DNA of 64,000 nucleotides from an uncultured Mycoplasmatota bacterium (GCA_900548725.1 URLV01000004.1:162-64161), one strand, 5' to 3'. Shown: positions 39,573 to 49,638, counted from the stretch's first letter. Numbers and translations: made by a program. Notes: a model not told the origin generated them from the sequence alone.

Positions 39573-42500
39573 GGCGTTACTCCTTCATTAACTTTTCTAT
39601 ATAAACAATCATAATAATTAGATTCATTTTCTTTAAAACTACTACACTCATTTCCAGTATAACTAGTTAATTTATTTAATATGATCCACTGACCATTAAT
39701 ATAATATTTTCTGTTTTGTCTACCAGTTAATTTAGCGTTTACTCCATTTACATCCAAACCAGTTCCTAAACTTCCATTAGATAATCCATTCAAGAACATA
39801 CTTTCACATTCCATACCTAAACCATTACAATTAGTTGACCAATCAACGTTATCATATTTATTTAATTTATTATATTCTCTAATCTGATCCAAAGTATTAG
39901 CATTTAAGGTAAACGAATATTCCAAATTATTTGGATTATAAGTATTTTGATTTTTTGATTTATCTTCTATAATTTTCATTAAAGCTTGACCCTTAGTACT
40001 TGACCAATTAGCACCTAACAATCCTTTATCAAGTCTGTTATTAGGATCAACATCATTAGTTGCTATAGGTCGTACAAAAAATTTAGTCTTATATTTCTTA
40101 TTATTTTCAGTTTTATCTTTGGTTTCTTTATCCAATACTACAGCATCATTAGTAATTTTATATGTACATGTATATGTAGCATTATCTCCGTTTTTTAAAA
40201 CATTTTTTACATTACCCGATAAATTTGAATTATTTGTATCCATAACGAATTTTATGTTTCTTGTTCCACTACTAGCAATCTTAACCGGAAATACATTTCC
40301 TAATTTAATACTTTTATTATTGTAAGTCTCTACAATACTTCCTGTATAAAAATTAGTATAATAATCAAAATTAGTATGAAATTCATAATTAACTTTTTTG
40401 GTTCTTGTAGTAATATGATTATCACCAAAAGTATAAGCATTAAATTTCTCATTAGTACTACCATAACTTATATTATATTCTTCAGTAACATCTTTTCTAT
40501 CCAAATTATCATTGCTATAATAAGGATCATCAGTAATTAGTTTAACTTCATTATCTATGGTAGTATCTAAATCATATTTTATAGAAACATTAGGTTTTAC
40601 ACTATAAAATTTTTCTGTAGAAACTGAACTAGTAGATAATGTATTAAAGCAAGTTTTATTCATATTCTGTAGATTCTGTCTTTTACCTTTCTCTACAACA
40701 TAAGTACCATCTGTATCAGCACTTATTTCACTTAATTTTTTTGTAGTATCTAATTGTTGATATATTTGATTAAACAAACTACTTTTAGCAGTACTAATAT
40801 TATCATTTTCACAATATGTAGCACTTACACTTGTACCATTGTCATACGTTTTTGAAGAAATATCATAAACTTGAGGAGTAAAACTTACATTATATCTTTT
40901 ATAATATTCATAGCATTTTTTTGGATGTTCCCTTGTACCACAACTCCAACTTCTTTTTACACCACAACTACTATCTTCACTTCCATAATCACTAGGAGAA
41001 TTTATAACATTTATTCCTTCAGCATTTTGATAGTCAACATAGGCCTTTTTTTCATTATCAATTGCAATATTATAAGAAGTTTTCCACAAATCATAATTAA
41101 ATGTTTGAGTACATTTATAAGTAGACTTTACTTGTGGTGTATATATCAATTCAAAATAAGTACCAGATTTAACAGTTTCAAATATAGATGGATACGTATA
41201 TTCAAATGTTTCAGTACATTTCATAGGACAATATTTATTAATTGTATATGTTTTATTAGATTTAGTTATAGATTGATTATTTTCCAATGAATTAGTACTA
41301 TAATCATCAGTATTTTTAATTGTACTAGTTAATGTTGATTGATAATCATTTGCAACATCACAAGTTTTATATATATTAGTCATATTTTCAACGATATTTG
41401 AAAAATCATCACTATAACAAGCATAATAAGTACCTTCATAATTTAAATTGTTAATATTTAAACTAGTAGTTCCTCTCATAATATCTTTTGTACTACAATT
41501 ATTATTTTTACTCCAATAGCTAAACTTCCTACCAGTTCCTATTTCATATAAACCATTACCATCTAAAGTAGTAGTAACATCTGGTAAAGAAATAGTCTTA
41601 TTTTCAACTTGATTATTATCAGAATCATATTTAAAACTATACCTACAAACACCATTACTAATAGCATGCCCAGGACAATCCATTCCATATCCACTAGTTC
41701 CATCAAATGTAATATATTTAGTTTCAATAATAGGCAAACTACCACACATAGATGTATAGATATCTTTAAAAGTATTATCGCCATTTTCTATTAAGCTTTT
41801 AGCATAAGTACAAGCTTCATTTTTCAAACCATCAGAAACTTTACTTAAATAATCATCTAATCCAGTTGCATATCCATCAACATAGAATAAAGTATATCCG
41901 CAAGTATTTTTAGAACCGTAAACGCTTGAATTTGGTTTTAATATTCCCGTATATAAATTACCACCTTTTACTAATTTTAAACTCTCACAATTAACAGGTT
42001 CACTATAATAATTCTTTATTTTGCTTTTATCAATATCACCAGTTGAAGAAATACAATTATTTTTATACACATTTTCATATAAATTATAATTTTCTTGAAA
42101 TTTATTTACAATATCTTCTTTCATTTCAGAACAACTTTTTCCTTCATAAGAAACACTTAGTCTTTCACTATTAATTCCAGAATCATAACAATATGTATTA
42201 TAATAATTAATCTTTTCTTCATTAAAATAATAATTCTTTTTAACAAAACTTTTTTGAACATCACAAGCCGTTTTTTTTAAATCATTATCTGCTTTACTCA
42301 AATAAAAATTTAATCCTACAGCACAATGATTATATATATATAGTGGATAACCTTCTTCAACTTCATTATAATTAAAAACTTTATTATCATATTCAGCATA
42401 CCACTTATCACATTCATATTCATCATTTCTTACACCTTGACTATAAGAAACTTCGTATTTTTTTCCACTACTACTAACATTACTAACTTTAATATCTTTA

Positions 42501-42580
42501 TTATTAATAAGCACAATACTTCCTAAAATAAGAACTAAAAAAACAATAAATACTATAATCTTATTTTTTAACTTAATCAA
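39569..42580 (-). CDS. 1003-aa N-terminally anchored, Cys-rich extracellular protein, unknown family
   Basis: Single N-terminal TM, many Cys, an internal duplicated module (C86-C131 and C227-C279), no C-terminal TM. Confidence 0.75.
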   Translation of the reverse strand: MIKLKNKIIVFIVFLVLILGSIVLINNKDIKVSNVSSSGKKYEVSYSQGVRNDEYECDKWYAEYDNKVFNYNEVEEGYPLYIYNHCAVGLNFYLSKADNDLKKTACDVQKSFVKKNYYFNEEKINYYNTYCYDSGINSERLSVSYEGKSCSEMKEDIVNKFQENYNLYENVYKNNCISSTGDIDKSKIKNYYSEPVNCESLKLVKGGNLYTGILKPNSSVYGSKNTCGYTLFYVDGYATGLDDYLSKVSDGLKNEACTYAKSLIENGDNTFKDIYTSMCGSLPIIETKYITFDGTSGYGMDCPGHAISNGVCRYSFKYDSDNNQVENKTISLPDVTTTLDGNGLYEIGTGRKFSYWSKNNNCSTKDIMRGTTSLNINNLNYEGTYYACYSDDFSNIVENMTNIYKTCDVANDYQSTLTSTIKNTDDYSTNSLENNQSITKSNKTYTINKYCPMKCTETFEYTYPSIFETVKSGTYFELIYTPQVKSTYKCTQTFNYDLWKTSYNIAIDNEKKAYVDYQNAEGINVINSPSDYGSEDSSCGVKRSWSCGTREHPKKCYEYYKRYNVSFTPQVYDISSKTYDNGTSVSATYCENDNISTAKSSLFNQIYQQLDTTKKLSEISADTDGTYVVEKGKRQNLQNMNKTCFNTLSTSSVSTEKFYSVKPNVSIKYDLDTTIDNEVKLITDDPYYSNDNLDRKDVTEEYNISYGSTNEKFNAYTFGDNHITTRTKKVNYEFHTNFDYYTNFYTGSIVETYNNKSIKLGNVFPVKIASSGTRNIKFVMDTNNSNLSGNVKNVLKNGDNATYTCTYKITNDAVVLDKETKDKTENNKKYKTKFFVRPIATNDVDPNNRLDKGLLGANWSSTKGQALMKIIEDKSKNQNTYNPNNLEYSFTLNANTLDQIREYNKLNKYDNVDWSTNCNGLGMECESMFLNGLSNGSLGTGLDVNGVNAKLTGRQNRKYYINGQWIILNKLTSYTGNECSSFKENESNYYDCLYRKVNEGVTP

Positions 42581-43254
42581 ACCAAATCACCTCTTTTTTT
42601 ATTGATTTTAATAATAGCTACAAAACCAATAGAAACACAAATAACAATTAGTACAATGTACCAATATTCTTTTAATATTTTAATTAAATCATCTATACCA
42701 AACTTATTTATTACTTTAGTATCTTCTTTAACATTTAAACTTTCTTTATATTTATTAATATTTTCTTTAATTTTATCATCATTTAGACTAAATTTATTAT
42801 TAAGCAAAGGTTTACAATATTGATAATCTTTTATTCCATTACATATATCCATATAGTAATATCTATTTATTATTTTCTTAGTAATAGTTTTAGTAGTTAA
42901 TTTATTACCATAACAAGAACTATTACTAACATAAATAGTAACTCTATAAGTTATAATATCATCAATATTATTATCAATAAAACTGTAATGATTATCTACC
43001 ATGTCATAACTATGTACTTCTTTATTTTCTTCAGTTTTACTATTATATATATTAACGTATAATTCATCATCTAAATTATATAAATTAAATACAAAATATT
43101 TATTATTTAAATCAGGTTCAAAATATACTTCTATATCTTTAGACTTTTCTAATAAATTTTTTCTTTCTTGATAATTACATTCAGCATTAACTACATTACT
43201 AAAAACAAACATAAATACAAATATAACTATGATATATTTAATATTTTTCTGCAT
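42577..43254 (-). CDS. secreted/type I membrane protein, unknown family (225 aa)
   Basis: Start moved to MQKNIKY.. after a GGTGG SD. Signal peptide ..VVNA/E, 4 Cys ectodomain, C-terminal TM and KKRG tail. Confidence 0.7.
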   Translation of the reverse strand: MQKNIKYIIVIFVFMFVFSNVVNAECNYQERKNLLEKSKDIEVYFEPDLNNKYFVFNLYNLDDELYVNIYNSKTEENKEVHSYDMVDNHYSFIDNNIDDIITYRVTIYVSNSSCYGNKLTTKTITKKIINRYYYMDICNGIKDYQYCKPLLNNKFSLNDDKIKENINKYKESLNVKEDTKVINKFGIDDLIKILKEYWYIVLIVICVSIGFVAIIKINKKRGDLV

Positions 43255-43278
43255 TAATACCACCTTTATCTTAAATAA

Positions 43279-43287
43279 ATTATAACA
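43279..43287 (-). promoter_or_regulatory. extended -10 promoter element of the tad-like operon
   Basis: Minus strand TGTTATAAT, about 25 nt upstream of the 43254 start and immediately after the terminator. No clear -35. Confidence 0.35.
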
Positions 43288-43291
43288 CATG

Positions 43292-43340
43292 AAAAAAACA
43301 AATTAAAGAAAAATCAATTCAATTCTTCAATTTGTTTTTT
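43292..43340 (-). terminator. Rho-independent terminator after yukD
   Basis: Minus strand AAACAAATTGAAG..CTTTAATTTGTTT (13-bp stem, one G-U) followed by a T-run. Confidence 0.65.
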
Positions 43341-43344
43341 ATAA

Positions 43345-43611
43345 TTAGCACAATACAAGTGTACTACCATTTACAATATTTGTATTATATACAAAATCAT
43401 CTAAATTATAACATATTGCTTCATTGGCATTATATAAGTTCAAAGTAGAATTATCATTAAAAGATCCCTGAGATAAATCTTTTAAAGCTTTTGATAACAA
43501 ATACACTATTTCGCCAATTGTTTTATTAATCGGTATCAAAATATCATATGTTTCATATAACATAGGTACCACCAATTGTACATTATATTTACTCTTCATT
43601 TTCATCACCAT
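43345..43611 (-). CDS. YukD/EsaB-like ubiquitin-fold T7SS protein
   Basis: 88 aa, beta-grasp-like pattern (YDILIPINKTIGEIV..., C-terminal GSTLVL). Overlaps the essC stop. Confidence 0.6.
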   Translation of the reverse strand: MVMKMKSKYNVQLVVPMLYETYDILIPINKTIGEIVYLLSKALKDLSQGSFNDNSTLNLYNANEAICYNLDDFVYNTNIVNGSTLVLC

Positions 43612-46600
43612 TAAAATAATCTAATAATTTAATTTTAGTAATTATACCATTTTCAAACACAAATCCAAATTTATCAGTAATAGTATCTCTATACTCTCTA
43701 AGCATTCTTCCACTTTTTAAAATCATTTGTTCACTAACACCATTTCCTATCCAAATTCCCCTATTATTATTAATATTGGTTTTATAGAATTCTTCAAATT
43801 CTAACTTTTTCAATACGTTTGATGCTTCTATAAAAATAGTTGATACATTATCCTTTTCATTTAATAATTTTAATATATTATTAAATTCTTTTTTCAACAG
43901 TATATCAAAACTACTATAAATATCATATATTCCTAAGAAACATATAAAATAATTAATTTCATTTTTATTATCCAATTTCATAGCAAAATTTTTCAATTGG
44001 TTTAAATATTCAACATAATTATTATTTATAACATTTGGTATACCCATTATATTATTATATTTTTTATACGAATTAAACAAATAAACTTTATTATTATTAA
44101 AAGATAATATGTTTTTTAATAAACTATTATAAAAATTAATCAAAATATCGATATCTAATCCAGAAACTAAAACTCCACGTTTAGACATAAAACCATATTT
44201 AATTATATTTAAATTATCTACATTTACTCCGATAGGAATATTCAAAGGATCATTTAAATATTTTTTTATAATATCATAAGTAACTATTGTCGGTAAAACA
44301 GGTATTGCTCTAACTTTGTTATAAATTGAAATTAACTCATTAGATCTATTTTCAATCATATCTATATTTGACATTTCATTAGAAATATATGCTGTCTGAA
44401 ATTCGTAAATATTTTCTAGTTTAAGTAAACCTCTGCCTTTAATTTTACTTGGAATATTCAATACTCTACTTCCATAAATATTTGAATAATCGTATTTATC
44501 TTTTAATTCTAAAGTTAATGTTTGTTTAAAATTTTGTAAAATTTTCGTTCTAACACTATTTATTGAATTTGTAGTTATAATTATTGTTATACCATATTTA
44601 TTACATTCTCTAGACAACTTAAGAAATTCATCATTTAATGAATCATAATTTTCAAATAATATTTCTATAACATTAATAAATAAAATCACACAAGGTATTT
44701 TTTTATCAACATTTTTTTTATTATATGTTATTAAATCTCCATTAAAATCAATCAAAATTTTTTTTCTTTGTTCTATCAAAGAATTTAAATACTTAAAAGT
44801 ATTAAATATTTTCTCTTTATTATCTATAAATATTACATCCCCAACATGTGGTGTTTTATTGAAGTTAATTAAGGATTCACTTCCAAAATCCATAATATAA
44901 ATATTAACTTCTGATGTATCATACTTATCAATAAGTGAATAAATCATAACTTGTAATAGCATTTCTTTACCAGAATCAATTATTCCATATATTACTAAAT
45001 TACCCTTTCCTAACAAATCAACAGTAGCTAAACCTTTCTGTTGCATTTCGGGAGCATCATACTCACCAAATACTACAGTAATATTAGAATTTTTTTCAAA
45101 ATTATATTTTTTTAACAAATCATCATAATAAATTTTATCAGGAATTAATTCTCTCCATAATCCTTTAATATTAATGTTTAATTCTTTAGACAAGTTTATA
45201 ATTTTTTTTACAATATTACTAACTACTTTTCCTTGATTATTAATATTTACATTTTCCTTTGAACTAATAGTATATATATTTTTTCCATTAAAATCTAAAA
45301 ATTCTAATGTTTCACTTTTAATATCTACATCATCTTTTTCGTAATATTCCGAACCTGCATAAGCACTTTGACCTTTAACAAATAATTCATTAAAACCTAC
45401 TTGCAAATAAAATCTTCCAGGTTCTTTTAACAACGCAGCATCAGATACACGTATCATTTCACTTGAATCAGACTTATCTTGCACTTTCAAACATATTTTG
45501 AATCTTGAGTTCGACCAAATTTGATTATCAACAACACCACTTGGTTTTTGAGTTGATAATATCAAATGTATACCTAAACTACGTCCAATTCTAGCAATAG
45601 AAATTAATTCTTCTATAAATTCTGGATTTTGTTCTTTTAACTCAGCAAATTCATCACTGATTATAAATAAATGACTTAATCTTTCAATATCATTATGCAT
45701 AAAATATAAATTTTCGTATTTATATATATCCATATTACCTTCATTATATTTTATACTAGCAGTAGCAAATAATTTTTGTCTTCTCTTAATTTCACTTTTT
45801 AAAGATATTAAACTCCTATTTATTTCATTTTCATTTATATTAGTAATAACTCCAACAACGTGTGGTAAAATCATCCCTATATTAGAATTATAAAAAGTAT
45901 TAGCAAGCCCTCCACCTTTATAATCTATCAATATAAATTGAACTTCTTCAGGACTGTAATTTACTGCTAAAGACAAAATGTAAGTAATTAATAATTCTGA
46001 TTTCCCACTTCCTGTCATTCCAGCTATTAAGCCATGAGGACCGTGAGCATTTTCATGAACATTAAGTAGAACTAAATCTCCATTATCATCTATCCCAATA
46101 GGCACTGACAAAGAATTAATAATTGAACTGTTATTCCACCTAGACTTTATATTTAATGAATCAATATTTCCAACATTATACATCTCTAAAAAATCGTATT
46201 TTGTTGGTAACACAAATTTTTTCTCAAAAAAATCTAAACTAATATTTGACAAATTTTTATAACACAAACTAAAATCATCATCAATAATATCTGGAATAAA
46301 ATTATTTTCTACATAATCCATATTTTCATTAATTATTAATTTACCACCATCTTTATCTAAAAATATAAAATTTTTACAATCACTCGGTAAAGAATCCATT
46401 TTATTACTATTAAAAATAATTGTAAAACCTAAATTTAAATCATTTTTTATAATATTATTTAATACAGAAATATTTTTTATTTTTGTTTCATCATCCACAA
46501 ATATTACATAATTTTCAAAAAATATATTATCCTTTTCATTATTTTCAATTAAATTTAATCTCTCATTATATTTTTCATCAATATAATTAATTATTAAATT

Positions 46601-48154
46601 ATATGATAAAGAATCATAACCAAAAAATCTTAAATTCATCTCATCATTCCAAATGTAAGGTAAATCTATATAAGTTTTCCAATAATTAATATTGTTTTTA
46701 TCAGTCAATACAATAATTTTTAAATCATCATAACTACAACTAGCAAACAACCTAATTAAAAAACTTGATATATATTTATATAAATAATTTGAATTACCTA
46801 TAAAAGAAACAACATTATTTTGTTGAAAATCAAAAACAATAGGAACTTCATTTATATAATTTGTTTCTTCTTGAAGTTTTGTCAATTGTATTCGTAATTT
46901 ATCTCTATCTATAGTAAAATGCTCTTCCGGTATTTCAATTTTTATATTAGGTTTTATTCTTCCAATACCTAATGAGATAGTCAAAAAATTATTACTATCT
47001 TTTTTTCGTTCCCATAATTTACTATTTATAGTTTCAATTATTTCTTTAGACTCTAAAGTATTATAATAAGTATTACAAATTTCGTTCTTTTGAAAATTCA
47101 TTTCATTTATTATTAATCTCTTTTTCTCATAAATATAATCTTTATATTCTGATATTCTTTTTATTTCTCTTTTACTTTCTCTTTTTTTGCGATAAACGTT
47201 TGATAAAATCGGATATAATATCATAGCAATTAACATACAACTTGCTACAATTAAACTTCCCAAACTGTCTTCTAAAGTTTTTTCTTTCATAGTAATATTA
47301 TTAATAATATTTATTATTGTTATCATAGAAGTCATTGACATCAACATCATAGGAAGCATATTAATAATTAATGGCACATCTTCTTTTAATTCTTGATTTC
47401 CTGGTCCATCAATTTTAAAAACTTTTGTTTCTATTTTTCTCTGAATTTTAGGAACTCTTTTAAATTTTAGCAATGATTTGTTTTCATTAATATTTCCCTG
47501 TATTAAATATTTTGTATAATCATTAATAACTTTATCTATCAAAACTAAACTATTTTTTTTATAAATAAATTTATTATTATCGTGAGATATAACAATGATA
47601 TTTTTTAGTATATTAATAAAAACTCCATCAAAAAAGATATTGCTACCATACTTGACTTTTTCGTTATTATATTTATTTTCACATACGTATATAGCTTCTT
47701 TTACATCTTTCAAATTAATTTTAAAAAAATTATCTCCCAAAATAAATTCAATTTTAGAGTACTCAAATTTTTCACTTTCAATAATAATATCTGCATCAAC
47801 AAAATATTTTCCAGCTAAAACAATTTTAGAATTAGATGAATTAAACGTAAATTTTTTATAATCATCATCAAAATCATTTAAATAATATAAAGTATAAACT
47901 TGATTGGTTTCAATATTCAAAATATAATAAATACAATTTATTTCTAAAATTTGACTTTCTATAACATTATTCTTATCTTCAAAATCTTTAATTATTTTAT
48001 ATTTTTTATTTGAATAAATAACATAATTTTGTTCATTTAATTTTACATTAACAATTTCATCTTCATGATAATCATGTAACCAAAAATTTGATGATTTATT
48101 ATCAAAAATTTGTTTCCAAGTTAAATGATTTCCATCTGATAGTATCATCCTCAC
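43589..48154 (-). CDS. essC: T7SSb ATPase EssC/YukB (FtsK/SpoIIIE family)
   Basis: 1521 aa. FHA-like N-terminus, two TM helices, then three P-loop modules: D1 GMTGSGKSE with FIISDEFAELK, D2 GIIDSGKE, D3 degenerate. Confidence 0.9.
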   Translation of the reverse strand: MRMILSDGNHLTWKQIFDNKSSNFWLHDYHEDEIVNVKLNEQNYVIYSNKKYKIIKDFEDKNNVIESQILEINCIYYILNIETNQVYTLYYLNDFDDDYKKFTFNSSNSKIVLAGKYFVDADIIIESEKFEYSKIEFILGDNFFKINLKDVKEAIYVCENKYNNEKVKYGSNIFFDGVFINILKNIIVISHDNNKFIYKKNSLVLIDKVINDYTKYLIQGNINENKSLLKFKRVPKIQRKIETKVFKIDGPGNQELKEDVPLIINMLPMMLMSMTSMITIINIINNITMKEKTLEDSLGSLIVASCMLIAMILYPILSNVYRKKRESKREIKRISEYKDYIYEKKRLIINEMNFQKNEICNTYYNTLESKEIIETINSKLWERKKDSNNFLTISLGIGRIKPNIKIEIPEEHFTIDRDKLRIQLTKLQEETNYINEVPIVFDFQQNNVVSFIGNSNYLYKYISSFLIRLFASCSYDDLKIIVLTDKNNINYWKTYIDLPYIWNDEMNLRFFGYDSLSYNLIINYIDEKYNERLNLIENNEKDNIFFENYVIFVDDETKIKNISVLNNIIKNDLNLGFTIIFNSNKMDSLPSDCKNFIFLDKDGGKLIINENMDYVENNFIPDIIDDDFSLCYKNLSNISLDFFEKKFVLPTKYDFLEMYNVGNIDSLNIKSRWNNSSIINSLSVPIGIDDNGDLVLLNVHENAHGPHGLIAGMTGSGKSELLITYILSLAVNYSPEEVQFILIDYKGGGLANTFYNSNIGMILPHVVGVITNINENEINRSLISLKSEIKRRQKLFATASIKYNEGNMDIYKYENLYFMHNDIERLSHLFIISDEFAELKEQNPEFIEELISIARIGRSLGIHLILSTQKPSGVVDNQIWSNSRFKICLKVQDKSDSSEMIRVSDAALLKEPGRFYLQVGFNELFVKGQSAYAGSEYYEKDDVDIKSETLEFLDFNGKNIYTISSKENVNINNQGKVVSNIVKKIINLSKELNINIKGLWRELIPDKIYYDDLLKKYNFEKNSNITVVFGEYDAPEMQQKGLATVDLLGKGNLVIYGIIDSGKEMLLQVMIYSLIDKYDTSEVNIYIMDFGSESLINFNKTPHVGDVIFIDNKEKIFNTFKYLNSLIEQRKKILIDFNGDLITYNKKNVDKKIPCVILFINVIEILFENYDSLNDEFLKLSRECNKYGITIIITTNSINSVRTKILQNFKQTLTLELKDKYDYSNIYGSRVLNIPSKIKGRGLLKLENIYEFQTAYISNEMSNIDMIENRSNELISIYNKVRAIPVLPTIVTYDIIKKYLNDPLNIPIGVNVDNLNIIKYGFMSKRGVLVSGLDIDILINFYNSLLKNILSFNNNKVYLFNSYKKYNNIMGIPNVINNNYVEYLNQLKNFAMKLDNKNEINYFICFLGIYDIYSSFDILLKKEFNNILKLLNEKDNVSTIFIEASNVLKKLEFEEFYKTNINNNRGIWIGNGVSEQMILKSGRMLREYRDTITDKFGFVFENGIITKIKLLDYFNGDENEE

Positions 48155-48251
48155 AATATCACAACCCTACTATAATCATTTTAACAATTTTTTACTAATT
48201 TGTCACCAAATTTTATTAACAAAAAAAGATTACCTCCAAGTAATCTTTAAC

Positions 48252-48551
48252 TTATACATTTGATATTGATTGAGCTGCTGCAGCATCAGTTTCTTCATTT
48301 CTAGCAGTAACAGTATAAATATGGTTTTTCATATTAACAACAGCTTGATAAAAACTATCATAACTACTTCTAATTTCTTGATATCTACCATTGGAAACAT
48401 CTGCACCACTACTCTGCCATGATTCCCCATATAAAGATTTCATAGATGAATCGATATTGTCAAAAATTTGCATTATATTATCAGCATTATTTTTTATAGC
48501 ATCGGCATAACCTCTTGCAGCTTCATAATCTTTTTCTTCAAATTCATTCAT
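48252..48551 (-). CDS. WXG100-like small helical protein (degenerate WQSSG)
   Basis: 99 aa, two-helix layout, ..YGESWQSSGAD... Confidence 0.6.
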   Translation of the reverse strand: MNEFEEKDYEAARGYADAIKNNADNIMQIFDNIDSSMKSLYGESWQSSGADVSNGRYQEIRSSYDSFYQAVVNMKNHIYTVTARNEETDAAAAQSISNV

Positions 48552-48568
48552 TTTTTCTTAACCTCCTT

Positions 48569-48865
48569 CTAAAATAAATTTTTTGCTGCACTCGCATTTT
48601 GTTGTTCAGTATCATCAAAAGTATGTGCACCTTCAGATATTTTTTCTCCTAAAACAGTTAACAATTCTCTAAAAGAATTCAAATTAACAACTTGACTATC
48701 CGTAGCTTCTTTAAATGAATTTGCAGAAACTCCTTTCCAAATTGACATTAAAGATTCTACATTAGTTGATAAATTAGTTATTTCATTAGCAAAAGATTCT
48801 GCATTATCAACAGTATTCAATCCTTGACTATTCATACTTTCAGGATCTACATGTAATCCAGACAT
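48569..48865 (-). CDS. WXG100 family protein (EsxA-like)
   Basis: 98 aa, central IWKGVSANSF WXG motif. Confidence 0.8.
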   Translation of the reverse strand: MSGLHVDPESMNSQGLNTVDNAESFANEITNLSTNVESLMSIWKGVSANSFKEATDSQVVNLNSFRELLTVLGEKISEGAHTFDDTEQQNASAAKNLF

Positions 48866-48904
48866 ACAACTCCTCCTTTCAAAATATTATATAAAATTTC
48901 AAAA

Positions 48905-49198
48905 TCAAATCAATTTTGAAACTTTATTATCAGTTTGTTTATAATTATTTTTTACATTTTGTAAATGCGGTGATAATAAAATAAATTTACCTCTAGAATC
49001 ATTTATACTTTTTTTAATAATACTCCAATTAGAAATAATTAAATCTGAAAGATTACCTACTAATACTTCTTCAGAACTAATATTTTTCATATTTTTATCT
49101 AATTGATTTACAAAGTCATTTATTTTAACTCCCGTATTGACAACAACAGAAGCAGCATCCTCAAATATTTCATAATTATTAATATTAAAATTATTCAT
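48905..49198 (-). CDS. small helical T7SS-associated protein (no WXG)
   Basis: 97 aa, same size class and operon position. No W-x-G. Confidence 0.5.
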   Translation of the reverse strand: MNNFNINNYEIFEDAASVVVNTGVKINDFVNQLDKNMKNISSEEVLVGNLSDLIISNWSIIKKSINDSRGKFILLSPHLQNVKNNYKQTDNKVSKLI

Positions 49199-49209
49199 AA
49201 AACACCACC

Positions 49210-49497
49210 TTACAAATTCACATTCGAAAAATCATTTTCCAACGCTTCTATCTTGTTTATACTTTCACTAATAAATTGAATAAACCTCGTAATTTCATTA
49301 ATTTTAGCTTGCAATTGCAACACAAAGTCGTCACTCGTATCTCTAAATGAATCACTTGCAACCCCATCCCAACCATTGACAGAATTTAATATTTTGTCTT
49401 TATATAACTTAATTTGTTTATTTAAATTTTCAACCTCATTATTCATTTCAGTAATACATTGTCTTGCAACATCAAAATCACAAACATATTTTGCCAT
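49210..49497 (-). CDS. WXG100 family protein
   Basis: NGWDGVASDSF WXG motif. Start at MAKYV.. after a GAGGTGA SD. Confidence 0.75.
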   Translation of the reverse strand: MAKYVCDFDVARQCITEMNNEVENLNKQIKLYKDKILNSVNGWDGVASDSFRDTSDDFVLQLQAKINEITRFIQFISESINKIEALENDFSNVNL

Positions 49498-49638
49498 ATT
49501 TATCACCTCAATCTAAAATAGTTTTTTTCATCATAACTATAATAATATTATATTACATTTCTGTTATTTTACTAAAATCTAAAAAATAACTTTAATTAAA
49601 ATGTCGATATTTTAAATTTAAAAACATATTCACAAAAT

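Noticed and set aside
39569-42580. The 1003-aa protein as EsaA/YueB of the T7SS (similar length).
   Set aside because: EsaA/YueB proteins have several C-terminal TM helices. This protein has only an N-terminal anchor and a soluble Cys-rich C-terminus, and it lies behind a terminator in the Tad-like unit. The idea is left open to profile-based testing.
40119-42823. Cluster of short ORFs (40119-40325, 40871-41290, 41563-41784, 41609-41794, 42602-42823) overlapping the 1003-aa and 225-aa genes.
   Set aside because: They are antisense or out of frame relative to long uninterrupted ORFs. They show low-complexity hydrophobic translations and have no start-site signals.
47595-47861. 88-aa antisense ORF inside essC.
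   Set aside because: Embedded in the FHA-like region of a 1521-aa ORF with clear family motifs. It has antisense-frame composition.
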